Source: Octopus sinensis
Lineage: Eukaryota
Assembly: GCF_006345805.1 (NCBI RefSeq)
Contig: NC_042999.1
Coordinates: forward strand, 13,516,001 to 13,580,000
DNA: 64,000 nucleotides
Direction: 5' to 3'
In this document: in pieces, positions 1 to 13,854 of the stretch
Layout: each line of letters opens with the position of its first letter
How positions within the stretch are numbered: the first letter of the stretch is position 1
Notes under the pieces: model-generated
Databases searched by the model: none
Seen by the model: only the letters and a program-made list of their open reading frames with translations
Told to the model about the DNA's origin: nothing
Position numbers and translations under genes: made by a program

Positions 1-62
1 AAGTTTAGTGGCTAACGATCTATGGGGGGTGTACATATATATATATATATATATATGTGTGT

Positions 63-98
<36 letters not shown>

Positions 99-211
99 AA
101 TATATATATATATATAGAGAGAGAGAGAGGGGAAGAGGCAGAGTTAGTACCAAAAGGGTATGTTTATCGCTGCCTAAAAGTGGTTATTGAGTTAGAACAC
201 AGAATACTCTG

Positions 212-465
212 ATGTACACATGCATACATACATACATACATACATACATACATACATGCATACATGCATACATGCATACATACATACATGGATACATACA
301 TACATACATACATACATACATACATACATGCATACATGCATACATACATACATACATACATACATACATACATACATGCATACATGCATACATACATACA
401 TGCATACATACATACATACATACATACATACATACATACATACATACATACATACATGCATACAT
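212..465. repeat. (TACA)n microsatellite; similar tracts at 1625-1745, 6946-7186, 7418-7495, 10995-11160, 30790-30850, 49810-49865
   Basis: Direct. Confidence 0.98.
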
Positions 466-1165
466 TCACAATATTATCCACCGATGAGACAGGACGTTGG
501 ATTTAGGATACTCTATAATGAAATCCGTCGGAAGGATAATCCTGAGGACAAAGAAATAAAAACCCACAATATGGTAGAGGCCATAGCCACTCATAATAAA
601 AAGGAATACTGGTGGAATGTATCAGTGAAGACCTCAATAAAATGTAAGCACAATGGACCTGATATAATGATTTGGGATAGAGAAGAGAAACTGTGCACAG
701 TTGTGGAAATTAGCTTCCCAGCGACTGTTAGTATAAAGCTGAAGATCAGTGAAAAAGAGAATACCTATGCTGAACCATTGAGAAATCTGAAGTTACTCTA
801 TCCAGATTACAAGTTCAGTTTTATACTTGTAACTATTGGGACCCTGGGATTTGTAACACACTGCCTAAATACCAATCTTGAGAAATTAGGTTTCTCAAAC
901 CCAGGAAAGAGAAAGCTAATTTGAAGACTACAAATCCAATCCATCACTGGAACTGTAAAAGTCAATAAAACTTTCCAGAAGTTTATCTTTAAATATATAT
1001 GAGCATGTCTAGATATGTAACTATATGCAAGAGAATACATACATAAAATATACAAATCTGCACATACATACATACAAAAATACCCTGTTGTTGATGTTGA
1101 AATTCCAATGAAGAGACCGGTTCTTTCTCTATTAGCAAGAAATTTTGATATAAACTGAATAATGA
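466..1165 (+). mobile_element. 5'-truncated R4/Dong/NeSL-type non-LTR retrotransposon 3' end (restriction-like endonuclease domain plus 3'UTR)
   Basis: Translation has the RLE pattern R[H/Q]D.V...Y / WWN...T..K.KHN.PDI.IWD...K.C.VVE.S.P / EKE..Y..L; nonsense at 922-924 where copy 2 reads CAA; bounded by TACA repeats. Confidence 0.8.
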
Positions 1166-1641
1166 TATACATACATACACACACATACACACACACGCGC
1201 GCGCGCGCACGCACACACATACACACATATACACACATATACAAAGTGGAGTTATAAATAAGACGAAATAAAACGTCTTTACCTTGAAACAATCTCTTTA
1301 TGTTTTCTTTGCAATTATCGTTTCTGAATCAACTGCTGCTAACCAAAGATTCTTTGGTGTATGCTCTGGTAAAACGAGCGAAATTGTTGATTTTATATAA
1401 AGCAAATATCGGTTAAGTACGTGTAGTGTTGTGGGGTTTTATATTTTGCTAAAAGAAAAAAATTACAATATTTTTCTTTAATGTACCATTAGTAATATAT
1501 AAAATGATACGAATAATGAATATTTTTACTGAGGGCTGTGCGTGTGGTAGGTGTGTGTATGTGTGTGCGTGCGTGTGTGTGTGCTCGTGCATGTGTGTAT
1601 TTGTGTGTAATATAATGAAATATAATGTATGTATGTATGTA

Positions 1642-1672
<31 letters not shown>

Positions 1673-2434
1673 ATGTATGTGTGTATGTATGTATGTATGT
1701 GTGTATGTGTGTGTGTATGTATGTATGTATGTATGTATGTATGTATATGAAGTGCTTTATAGAATTTGATGATGATTATGTTTTGAAATTGTTTAGTATA
1801 TGGCCGGTGATATGCTGCGAAAATGCTAACTAATAAACCTGAGTTATTCTGTAAATACCGACATTTCGAGAAGGGCTTTCATAGCAATCTAGAAAGCACA
1901 AGATTTTTCTCATGAAGTGATTATTCCTCCAATCTGCTCCATAAATAAAAACCTAAATTTGTTCAACAGCCAATCTTTCAATATAGATAAAATATAATAT
2001 GACATAACTTTCCAGCGGGAGATAATTCATTTTAAAGAAAATATGAATTATTCTCACTTACATTAATTATGTACCTTATGCGCATATACAACTGAGCGTA
2101 GAAATAAACATAAAGCTAAAATTATTATTTCACAGAGATTCTTTGTTTCGTGATTTCTCTTATGATTTCTATGTACAAAGTACTTTCTAAAAAACATGAG
2201 CCTTAAGGCATTAGGCCTGTAGTCATCAACAATTACTACATCATGATAAGGATATGTGTTTGTTTGTATGTGTGTGTATGAGTGTGTGTACGAAATGAGA
2301 CTTACAGAGACATACACATAATGTATTACGTTTGTTTTTATTGATTTATATATTTATATTTTTATTTAAAGATTGACAGATACTCACACAATGCGTGCCC
2401 CTAAATATATATATATATATATTATATATATATC

Positions 2435-2529
<95 letters not shown>

Positions 2530-2619
2530 GCTTTCTAACAATACTTGTGCTTTTAGCACCAGCAGTGGCGACTAAATTTTTCCTATGTATGAATGTATAT
2601 ATGTATATATGTATATATG

Positions 2620-2654
<35 letters not shown>

Positions 2655-2678
2655 AAATAATATGTGACAATTATTCAA

Positions 2679-2751
2679 TAGCCAAGATAAAACTCTGAGT
2701 TTCGGATGCCGAGATGGAAATCCACAACACCATCTCTTCGGTTATCTGGCC
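2679..2751 (-). ncRNA. Candidate variant hammerhead ribozyme (U4C core, atypical stem II) in PLE 3' terminus
   Basis: GAUAA-CCGAAGA-[stem II GAUG/CAUC +C]-GAAA-CUCAGA-GUU|UUAUC; stem I extends to about 11 bp with one bulge. Confidence 0.5.
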
Positions 2752-4020
2752 ATCTGAAAAACTCTATGAAAAAGACTGTTACACAAAGGGAAATTACTGT
2801 GTTATAATTCCGCTTCTTATATAAAAGCGCTAATCCAATGACCGCTAATTTAAATAAGGTTAAAGGTTCATAGTAAACACGTAAGCATGCCTACTCATAC
2901 GCATACATGTGCGCCCGAGGACCCACGTACGTACGTATACCTCACTATGAAAACGTACACATCTTCACTCGCATTTTTCGCCAAAAGTATACGCATACAT
3001 ATACAAACTCATACACACACGCGCGCACCGTAAAAGTTCATACATACGTCTATATACGCACAAGCACAAGAAAAAATATGGTTAAAGGTAACAATACAGA
3101 AAAAAAGCAACAATATAGAAAAAAAAGCATAAGGAAGTATACAAAGCGTAAAACCACGTTCATATACGGACAAGCCCTTATGCACGCACACACACACACG
3201 CCCATATATGTACATACCCGCACATACTTATATACGCATGCACAAAAATGGATTATACATACGCCCAAAAAACCGAAAAAATACTGAGTGAAAACGTCTA
3301 TATATATGCATTCTTATGCCCGCACACAAGCACACATCTATATACATACATACCCGCCCACTCATACATACTCACACACGCGCACAAATGAATCTATATA
3401 CACGTCTATATAGGTACAAGGAAAAATGCAGGATGGAAGGTAGAGTACAGAAAAAATTATTATGTATAAAAATATAAAAATATATAAGAAAAACTACAAG
3501 GTATAATGAGAGAAAAAAAACTTTTTGGGGCATAATATAGAAAGCAAGTTCTGTCTGTAGTCTTGGGGGGACCAAAAACGTAACAAAAGTTTGGTCACAT
3601 GTGGGCATGATCCGAAAAGTTCTGTCCTTGAGTTTAGACATATAGTAGGATCTAAGCTTCTTTTCCAGATAAGCCATCTTTCCATGTCGCGTAGACCGCA
3701 CTTCCGCTGCCGTTGGTGTAGGGCTTACATTTGGCCAAAATCTTCCAATGGATGTTGTAATTCACACCTTTATCTTTCAATGACCATACATGATTGGATA
3801 ATTTTGTCGCTTTCCTTTTGTTCCAGTGCCTAAAACTCAAGGTGTTGTTATTGAACCTGGCCTTGAAATTACCCTCTGTAAGGCCCACGTATTTCTTCGT
3901 CGAAACGGTGTCTTTAGTGGGTATAGAGTCCGCGGTAGCTTCATAGATGGTGGTCTCGGACATGCAAGCTCCATTTAGCGGGCACAATTTTTTATTCCTG
4001 CATGACAGCTGTTTTCGTGT

Positions 4021-4094
4021 TGGCCAGATAACCGAAGAGATGGTGTTGTGGATTTCCACCTCGGCATCCGAAACTCAGAGTTTTATCTTGGCTA
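4021..4094 (+). ncRNA. Inverted copy of the same candidate hammerhead
   Basis: Core 4032-4038, GAAA 4070-4073, predicted cleavage after 4082. Confidence 0.5.
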
Positions 4095-4188
4095 TTGAAT
4101 AATTGTCACATATTATTTTACAGATAAATTTCCTCTATTTACATGATATTGAGGTCTCTTTCTTTCTTTTGTTATCTTACCGTTTTTA

Positions 4189-4246
<58 letters not shown>

Positions 4247-4486
4247 ATATATATACATACATATATATAATATATATATATGCATATATATATATGTGTG
4301 TGTATGAATGTACCTTGTTTATTTGTGTATAAGTCACCCCTTCCAGTTTTTATCAGTTAAAATCCAAGTCTTATGAAACAGCGAAACTTATACACAAGTA
4401 AATACGGTAAATCAATATATATATAAATACACATACAGATCGATTGTTTTTATTGATTTATTAATTATCGATGTTTCTACTTTCAG

Positions 4487-5470
4487 TTAAACGAAATTTG
4501 GCGATCGAAAAGTGCTGCTTCTGAAAAAGAGAAAGAATCCATACAAATTCGCCTGAAAAACAAGATTCTGGATTTGCGATCCAAAGAAGACCTTTTGTTA
4601 AAACTTCAGAAAACGTTACAAGTGAAAACAGTCTCCCTAGCTGAAAAAGAAAGAATAATAAAAGCAAAAGAAGCCGCTATTTCTACCCGTGATGAAGTAA
4701 TCCGTGGTCTTGAAGAAATTTCAAAACAACGTGATAACGACTTTCAGGCTCTTATTGAGCAAGTCAGTAACCAGGATGAAAATGCGAAGAAACTACGGGA
4801 GTCTTTACGACAAAGAGATGAGCGTTTACGAGAAAAAGATGACATGTTACAAAAGCTTAACAACAACATAGGCTTAAAGCAAGATGAAGTGAAGAATTTG
4901 GACAATGCTGTGAGAGATTCTATCACCAGACTTAGTCAAAAGGAAGAAGAGCTGAAAAAGTTAAGAACGCATATTTCTGAAGTAGAGAATATGAAAACCA
5001 TGAGTGAGACAGACGAACAGAAAGAAAATACAGCACTGAAAAATAAGTTTACTGAATTATTAATATCTGTAAAGAGATTAACGGATGACAAGGAGAAGCT
5101 TTCTAGGGACTTAAGTATTATGAAAAACAATTTGAATGACAAAGAAAGCAAATCGATCGAAGAAAAGAACGTATTGCAAATGAAAATACGTACTTTGAAC
5201 GAAAGACTTACGAATGTTACAAAGACTGCCATGATGAACGAGAAGGATTCGATGCGAATTCTTCGGCAAGATAACCAGAATATGATAGAAGAGAAAAATC
5301 GTCTGAATTGCGAAATCAGGAATCTACGTCAAGAAATGGATGAGAAACAAAAACTACTGGATTCCCAGGCTGATATTGCTCAGGCTCTGGAATCGAAGCG
5401 GAAACAGGTTGAAGAATTAGCAGCCATTAACAAACGTCAACAAGAATCGATCGATCGATTGGAATCACAG
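4487..5470 (+). CDS. Exon A (984 nt, phase 0-0), coiled coil LNEIWRSK...IDRLESQ
   Basis: tttctactttcag| acceptor, CAG|gtaaga donor; in frame with ORF 4574..5518; heptad-rich E/K/L/Q. Confidence 0.92.
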
Positions 5471-5723
5471 GTAAGAAATTTGCTTGAATTTTATGATTTA
5501 GTCGAAGGGATATATTGATATGGTTAATCCCCATTGTGAAAATCTGTAGATTGATATCTTCTGCGAAAAGGGGTCTGGAAAACAAACCCGGCCGTTTTGT
5601 TCAGAACGCTTGCAACAAAGTAAACTTTACTAAAAGCAAACAATAACTAGATGGTGGTGGCGGTAGTGGTGGTTGTGGTGATAATGGTAGTGGTGGTACT
5701 TGTGATGGTGATGGTAGTGGTGA

Positions 5724-5957
5724 AGGCGGCGAAATGGCAGAAACGTTAGCACGCCGGGCGAAATGCTTTGTGGTATTTCGTCCGCCGCTGCGTTCTGAGT
5801 TCAAATTCCGCCGAGGTCGACTTTACCTTTCATCCTTTTGGGGTCGATAAATTAAGTACCAGTGACGTACTGGGGTTGATGTAATCGACTTAATCCGTTT
5901 GTCTGTACTTGTTTGTCCCCTCTATGTTTAGCCCCTTGTGGGTAGTAAAGAAATAGG
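5724..5957 (+). mobile_element. SINE family A (tRNA-like head, Meta/MESC-like core gcctttcatcctttcggggtcgataaa..gtaccag); monomers also at about 8032, 15219, 21347, 22358, 44711, 60147 (+) and 60993 (-)
   Basis: A-box ggcgagctggcaga, B-box gagttcaaattcc; many about 90%-similar copies in window. Confidence 0.85.
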
Positions 5958-6616
5958 TAGTGGTGAAGGTGCTGGTGTTAAAAAGACAACGTCCTAGGCG
6001 GGGCTACCACCCAACTTGTCATTTTCTTGATTTGTAAAAATACACCTATTGATTATACTTCGATGACCTGTGACTAAAAGAGTGCCATTGAACTTGTTAG
6101 CCCCAAGTTAGCATTGATCAACTAAGTTTATGATCAAAAGCATTCCAACCATAACAATCCAGTCGAAATTAGTTAATGTAACTAACCTATCCTTTTAATA
6201 CGAAAGAGCAGGGATTGAGAGTGATTTCTACTCGTAGAATCAGAGAACCAGAAGAGAAAACTATACGAGTTAGAGATTCTGTCTTTGGCCTTTACATTGT
6301 AGGAATTAAATTGTTAAAATAATTAAAATCCTTATAACGGATAATGCTCTAAATTACAGCTTGTGGAATATTGTTATAAAAAGCCTTGGATGGAAACAAA
6401 ATTGTTGATTTTATATTTTCAAATTTATTATCTGATTAAGATTTTAAAGAAAACCAATAAGAATTGAAGATGTTTTTATTACATATTGTGATTTTTTCTT
6501 CTGTAAATACCATGTGTTGCCTTAAAAAATATTGAATTGTAGCTGAATCGTTGAATCAACAACCTTCTTTTGAAACTCATATAAAATACGCTTGCATATC
6601 AGTCTGTACGTTTAAC

Positions 6617-6944
6617 GATCTTGAGAAATTAGGCTTCTCAAAACCAGAAAAGAGAAAGCTAATTCAAAGACTACAGATCAAATCCATCACTGGAACTGTA
6701 AAAATCTGTAAAACTTTCCAGAAGTTTATCATTTAAATATATATGAACATGTCTTGATATGCAACTATATGCATGAGAATATATACATAAAGCAAAACAT
6801 ACAAATCTACACATATACGTACATACATGCAAACAAAAATACCTTGTTGTTGATGTCGAAATTTCGATGTAGGAGCCTTGGATCTAGGTTAGAAACCGGC
6901 TCTTTCTCTATTGGCAAGAAATCTTGAAATAAGCTGAATAATGA
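6617..6944 (+). mobile_element. Second, shorter 3' fragment of the same R4/Dong-like family
   Basis: Aligns by eye to 876..1165 (LEKLGFSKPEKRKLIQRLQIKSITGTVK...); ends aataatga followed by (TACA)n. Confidence 0.8.
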
Positions 6945-7538
6945 CTACATACATGCATGCATACATACATACATACATACATACATACATACATACATAC
7001 ATACATACATACATGCATTCATGCATTCATGCATTCATGCATACATACATACACACATACATACATTCATGCATGCATACATACATAAATACATGCATAC
7101 ATGCATACATTCATACATTCATACATACATACATACATACATACATACATACATACATACATACAAACATACATACATACATACATTATGGCTTCCCCCT
7201 CGTTATCGAGTATGGCCATTGCACGAAGCTTAACTGTTACTGGTGCTGTGATCGAATGTGACTTTTTAGCCCAGCTAAAGATCTACAATGTTTTGTACAA
7301 AATTGGCAACTTTACTGGTAATAGCCGGCTGTAGTTGTAACTGGGCTTCATGTACCTTTGCATGTCGTTTAAGTCCTCCTGCCGAATTACACTCTCTTCC
7401 GCATGCCCGACTGATACGTACATACATACATACATACATACATACATACATACATACATACATACATACATACATACATACATACATACATACACACATA
7501 TATATATACATATTTATACTTTTCATTACCTTTCACAG

Positions 7539-7811
7539 GCAACGTTGGCGTTTCAACTGCAGCAGGAGGAGAGAGTGAGAAAAGCCGAACAGTTGGCTAT
7601 GAAAGTTCGTTATGAGACCAAGATTGAAAAGTTACAGCGAGATTACAATCAGTTGCTGATTAATTCGGAACGTGTAGCTAAAGAACGGGAACTCCAGCAA
7701 GAGATTATACGAGGTGTACAGCGTGGTATGTTTAATCTTAAAGACAAGTATACCCAAGATAGAAGCCGTTGGCAAACTGACAAAGAAAAGTTTGAAAACC
7801 AAGCTACAGAG
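7539..7811 (+). CDS. Exon B (273 nt, 0-0) ATLAFQLQQEER...FENQATE
   Basis: tttcattacctttcacag| and GAG|gtacgt. Confidence 0.9.
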
Positions 7812-8970
7812 GTACGTATGTTGAGGCAAGAGGATTTAATTATTTCCTTGTTTAATGTAGTTTCAACAAGTTAAATAGTAAAAAGCTTTGTGTTAATCTA
7901 CAATGGGTCGTTGTTCGGTAATTTTCATTGCATTTGATACAGGAGACACTTATCTGCCGATGAGGGCGTGTGTGGGTTTTCGTGCAAGCGTGCATATGTG
8001 TGTGTATGTATAATATTATATCGTATAACAAGGCGGCGAGCTGGCAGAAACATTAGCACGCCGGGCGAAATGCTTAGCGGTAGTTCTGAGTTCAAATTCT
8101 GCCGCGGTCGACTTTGCCTTTCATCCTTTCGGGGTCAATAAATTAAGTAACAGTTACGCACTTAATCGACTTAATCCGTTTGTCTGTCCTTGTTTGTCCC
8201 CGCTGTGTTTAGCCCCTTCTGGGTAGTATAGAAATAAATATTATATCGTATATATTATGTCTATGTTTTATATATATGTATCAATATAACTTAACAAACG
8301 TGATTGGCCAAATGGAATTTTGCACCTTTTAAGTTTTTTTTCTTATTCAACGCGTGTTTTTTTCCTGCAAGAAATTTAGTTAACTTGACCCCATTATTGC
8401 AGCATTGTTTTTACGACAAAGAATTTTTGAAGGAAATGGTTTTTTACCTTAACATGGAAGCACTCCGTCGGTTACGACGACGAGGATTCCGGTTGATCCG
8501 AATCAACGGAACAGCCTGCTCGTGAAATTAACGTGTAAGTGGCTGAGCACTCCACAGACACGTGTACCCTTAACGTAGTTCTCGGGGATATTCAGCGTGA
8601 CACAGAGAGTGACAAGGCCGGCCCTTTGAAATACAGGTACAACAGAAATAGGAAGTAAAAGTGAGAGAAAGTTGTGGCGAAAGAGTACAGCAGGGATCAC
8701 CACCATTTAGGTGTTTTCGCTCAATAAACACTCACAATCGAAACCGCGATCCTACGACCGCAAGTCCGCTGCCCTAACCACTGGGCCATTGCGCCTCCAC
8801 TGACCTTAACATACAACAATTAGCAAAGTGCCGTCATGTCTTTCTTTCATCCTCTCATTCTACCCCACTTTTGTCTATCTATTTATCTATGCCTATCTGT
8901 CTGTGTCTGTCTGTGTGTCTGTTTCTCCGTCTTCCTGATGTACAAGTCAAAGGCAATTAGCTGCTTAGCA

Positions 8971-9561
8971 GTATTTCGCCTGCCGTTACGTTCTGAGTTC
9001 AAATTTCGGCGAGGTCGACTTTGCCTTTCATCCTTTCGGGGTCGATTAAATAAGTACCAGTTACGTACTGGGGTCGATGTAATCGACTTAATCCGTTTGT
9101 GTGTCCTTGTTTGTCCTCTCTGTGTTTAGCCCCTTGTGGGTAGTAAAGAAATAGGTATTTCGTCTGCCGTTACGTTCTGAGTTCAAATTTCGCCGAGGTC
9201 GACTTTGCCTTTCATCCTTTCGGGGTCGATTAAATAAGTACCAGTTACGTACTAGGGTCGATGTAATCGACTTAATCCGTTTGTGTGTCCTTGTTTGTCC
9301 TCTCTGTGTTTAGCCCCTTGTGGGTAGTAAAGAAATAGGTATTTCGTCTGCCGTTACGTTCTGAGTTCAAATTCCGACGAGGTCGACTTTGCCTTTCATC
9401 CTTTCGGGGTCAATTAAATAAGTACCAGTTACGCACTGGGGTCGATATAATCGACTTAATCCCTTTGTGCGTCCTTGTTTGTCCCCTCTGTGTTTAGCCC
9501 CTTGTGGGCAATAAAGAAATAAGAAACGTTAGCATTCCGGACGAAATGCTACGCGGTATTT
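8971..9561 (+). mobile_element. SINE-A head-to-tail trimer of 184-bp units
   Basis: Unit starts 8971, 9155, 9339; then re-entry into head at 9523. Confidence 0.9.
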
Positions 9562-9755
9562 TGTCTCTATATTGCAAAGTTTCTCTCTGAAGTCCATTTG
9601 CTAACGTTCTTTCTAAAGTTACAAAGTTCATTTTAGCTTCAACAATACAATGCAAGTAAAAATCTAAATATAAACGTAATAAATCAATTGTATGTTCTCC
9701 TCCAGAAAATATGTTGAATTCATTAAAAATTAAAATATTATAAAACGTTCTCTCT

Positions 9756-9975
9756 TTTTACTCTTTTACTCTTTTACTTGTTTCAGTCATTTGACTGCGG
9801 CCATGCTGGAGCACCGCCTTTAGTCGAGCAATTCGACCCCGGGACTTATTCTTTGTAAGCCCAGTACTTATTCTATCGGTCTCTTTTGCCGAACCGCTAA
9901 GTGACGGGGACGTAAACACACCAGCATCGGTTGTCAAGCAATGCTAGGGGGTCAAACACAGACACACAAACACAT

Positions 9976-10008
<33 letters not shown>

Positions 10009-10172
10009 CGACAGGCTTCTTTCAGTTTCCGTCTACCAAATCCACTCACAAGGCATTGGTCGGCCCGAGGCTATAGTAGAAGACTCTCGCCCAAGATGCC
10101 ACGCAGTGGGACTGAACCCAGAACCATGTGGTTGGTTAGCAAGCCACTTACCACACAGCCACTCCTGCGCCT
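9756..10172 (-). mobile_element. SINE family C (tRNA-like head, CORE-like gcaccttgggcaagt, internal TA/TG microsatellite); also about 21655..22140, 52060, 52953, 57455..57863, 60388..60742 (-)
   Basis: Head aggcgcaggagtggctgtgtggtaag...ggttcagtccc on minus. Confidence 0.85.
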
Positions 10173-10201
10173 ATACATGTCCTATTATTTTCTCTTTGCA
10201 G

Positions 10202-10369
10202 GCTGAGAAGGGGCAAAACGAGGCTAACCAGCTGAAAAGTGAAGTAGAGAAATTACGAATGAAAATTGAAGATCAAGAGCGCAAGCTCCTGGAACAAGCC
10301 AATAAGTTTGCAACGGAAAAATCTGCCTTGGAAATAAATTATTCAAGTGTACTGAGTGAGAAGAATCAA
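10202..10369 (+). CDS. Exon C (168 nt, 0-0) AEKGQNEANQ...LSEKNQ
   Basis: ttttctctttgcag| and CAA|gtaaat. Confidence 0.88.
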
Positions 10370-10441
10370 GTAAATAAACACCATTTTTATTATCCTCTGT
10401 TTAAATATTAGAATTTATTTATATTTTTAGCACACACACAC

Positions 10442-10477
<36 letters not shown>

Positions 10478-10990
10478 GTATGTATGTATGTATGTGTGTA
10501 TGTATGTATGTGTGTATGTATGTATGTATATCTATGTCTATATATATTATTAAGTTAGAAAACAGAGAGATCTAATGGATACAAAATAATTTTTTTATTA
10601 ATTTATATTCATCTACAATTGTTTCGTTTCGCTAACAAAATTAACAATTAATATATATATTAACAATTAATACATACATACATATATACCTACATACATA
10701 CATACTTATATATATATATTATTTGTGTTCATGGTAAAACTTTCAATCAGTTAAGATCAGAAGCCATGGGAGCCAGTGCCTAATATTATCATCATCATCA
10801 TTAACCTTGAGGCAAATAAAGAAATTCTTATATTGAAAAGTATTTTGAAAATATTTCATCAATCCAAATACAGATAACCATATGTCAAAGTAATTGTGTT
10901 CCTTAAACACACACACACACACATACACACACCTATAGTACACATGCATATATGTATGCACCCACCGACACATACGTTACATCCTCATAA

Positions 10991-11023
<33 letters not shown>

Positions 11024-11342
11024 TGTATGTATGTATGTATGTATGTATGTATGTATGTATGTATGTATGTATGTATGTATGTATGTATGTATGTATGTAT
11101 GCATGTATGTATGTATGTATGTATGTATGTATGTATGTATGTATGTATGTATGTATGTATGTGTACTTATATTCATAGATAGATAGATATGCTAACGAAG
11201 AAACGACGTTACTGAACCGATCGCACAGAAATATATAAAATGAAACCTTTTTGTTTTCTGGTTGTTCTTTAAGCCATACATATACGTACTACGTACACAC
11301 ACATACACACACACAACAGACACACACATATATACACATGCA

Positions 11343-11388
<46 letters not shown>

Positions 11389-11516
11389 AATCAAGGAACG
11401 GCCATAATAGGCCATTCACCCACTAGAAATAACAGCCAAAAGCTTTAACCGCAAAATAACATCAATTCCGTAAACCAGGAGAAAATTAAAAAACATTTAC
11501 CCTGTATATATAATAT

Positions 11517-11626
<110 letters not shown>

Positions 11627-11709
11627 ACGCATACAAACACAGAATTATCGCAGTACCTGTCAACTATAATAACATTGCTTGTTTTTTTTTTCTCTCTCTC
11701 TCCCCCCAG

Positions 11710-11964
11710 CTTGAAAACCAAATGGCCACCATATCGAAAAGCAGTGAAGGCGAAATGATGTCGAAAAAAGTCTGGGAGAAAGAACGTTCCGAACAGAAAA
11801 GGTTATTGACGGAAGCTCATAACTTGGCCATGGACTTGCAACAACAGTTGAAAACTCGTGACGAAGCTTATTCTAAAGAAAGGAAACAACTCATGAATCG
11901 TCTGGAAAGCGAAAGAGATACGTGGGAGAAGAAAAAGATAGAACTTGAGAAGAAATTAGCTGCG
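11710..11964 (+). CDS. Exon D (255 nt, 0-0) LENQMATISK...EKKLAA; carries the SOGA/MTCL-like motif
   Basis: long pyrimidine tract ending ccccccag| and GCG|gtattc. Confidence 0.88.
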
Positions 11965-12004
11965 GTATTCATAAGACTTATATATCGTTTATAAGTGTTG
12001 TTTA

Positions 12005-12740
12005 AGGTGGCGAGCTGGCAGAGACGTTAGCACGCCGGGCGAAATGCTTAGCGGTATTTCGTCTGCCGTTACGTTCTGAGTTCAAATTCCGCCGTGGTCG
12101 ACTTTGCCTTTCATTCTTTCGGAATCGATAAATTAAGTACCAGTTACGCACTGCAGTCGATATAATCGACTTAATCCGTTTGTCTGTCCTTGTTTGTCCT
12201 CTCTGTGTTTAGCCCCTTGTGAGTAGTAAAGAAATAGAAATAGGTATTTCGTCTGCCGATGTGTTCTGAGTTCAAGTTCCTCCGAGGTCGACTTTGCCTT
12301 TCATCCTTTCGGGGTCGATAGATTAAGTACCAGTTATGCACTGGGGTCGATGTAATCGACTTAATCCGTTTGTGTGTCCTTGTTTATCCTCTCAGTGTTT
12401 AGCCCCTTCTGGGTAGTAAAGAAATAGGTATTTCGTCTGCCGTTACGTTCTGAGTTCAAATTCCGTCGAGGTCGACTTTGCCTTTCCTCCTTTCCCGGTC
12501 GATTAAATAAGTACCAGTTACGCACTGGGGTCGATGTAATCGACTTAATCCGTTTGTCTGTCCTTGTTTGTCCCCTCTGTATTTAGCCCCTTGTGTGTAG
12601 TAAAGAAATAGGTATTTCGTCTGTCTTTACGTTCTGAGTTCAAACTCCGCCGAGGTTGACTTTGCCTTTCATCCTTTCGGGGTCGATAAATTAAGTAGCA
12701 GTTGAACACTGGGGATCGATGTAATCAATTCATTCTCACC
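12005..12740 (+). mobile_element. SINE-A tetramer
   Basis: Unit starts 12054, 12244, 12428, 12612. Confidence 0.9.
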
Positions 12741-13396
12741 TCCTCCAAGCTGCCCCTGTGGAAAAAATTTGAAGTAATTATTTATAATTGCTGTGAATGC
12801 GCGTGGCCTAGTGGTTAAGTATACACAATCGCAATATCGTGGTTTCGATACCACGACTGCGCGGTGCTTAATGTTCTTGAACAAGACACTTCATTTTACA
12901 TTTCTCCAGCACACTCGGCTGTAAATGAGTAACCCTGTAACGTGCTGTTTAGGGGAAACCTCGGTTTCTTATAAGCCATGGAAACCGGGCAACGAGCTCT
13001 TTGAATCCTAGAACAGGAGTCAATAATGCCCAGAAATTGATGATGGTGTGACTATTGTAGCTGTAGGTGTATATTGGTATCTCTAGGTGAAAGTGAAGTG
13101 AAATTAGTAGATTGTAATCACTCCTATTTTTTATCTTTTACTTGTTTCAGTAATTAGACTTCAGCACCGAACGAATCAGTCCCAGGGCTTTTTTAAAGTC
13201 TGGCACTTATTCTATCGGTCTGTTTTAGCATTGCCGGGTACAATTTGAGGAGGATTTGGTGTTGTGTCTAGCAAGTCCAGTGACCCTCTAAAGGCCCCTC
13301 GTTAGCCTATTGTCATTTTATTTTCGATAAACTTTTTTGTATGCATTCCTTTTTAAAAGTCCCAATCACTATATTTTCTTAATGTTTTTTTTTAAG

Positions 13397-13576
13397 CTGG
13401 AATCAAGCGGAAGACAATTAGACGAATTGAAAATCAAATACCAGGATTTAGAAGACACAACCGTTAAAGACCAACAGAACTGGTTGATAGAGAAAAATGA
13501 ATTGGTGCGTCAGTTGACGGAACAGCGACAGAGATTGCTAAAAGACAGTCGCAAGATAGAAGATCTTTTATACCAG
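13397..13576 (+). CDS. Exon E (180 nt, 0-0) LESSGRQLDE...IEDLLYQ
   Basis: tttttttttaag| and CAG|gtaaga. Confidence 0.88.
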
Positions 13577-13854
13577 GTAAGAATTATTGATAGACATCTC
13601 TAACTACAGGCACACAGACACACATAGATACACACATACATACACACACACACATACATAAACATACACATATGCACATGGATACATGCACAGAGATGTG
13701 TATATATACATATTTATATTTATTTATATCTGTATGTATATGCATGCACATATATATGTATGTATATATATATACATACAAAATGTGACCTCGTGTGTAC
13801 CGTTGGCGATTTTTTTCCTCTGTCTTCCCTTCTCTGGATCTTTCCTTCTCCTAT

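Larger units (their letters stand above)
2651..4190 (-). mobile_element. Penelope-like element: GIY-YIG endonuclease C-terminus, 3'UTR, terminal repeat, and an inverted copy of that repeat at the 5' side
   Basis: CPLNGAC...IYEA...YVGLTEG.FK.RF.N...SF...T.LS..VW.LK...W.I...Y, then frameshift to C.L...E...I...LN.R.E...CPH; 2651..2751 is the reverse complement of 4021..4121; both ends in (TA)n. Confidence 0.88.

Noticed and set aside
1313-1416. Alternative first or 5'UTR exon ending ttaa|gtacgt
   Set aside because: Weak donor, no in-frame ATG, no promoter evidence
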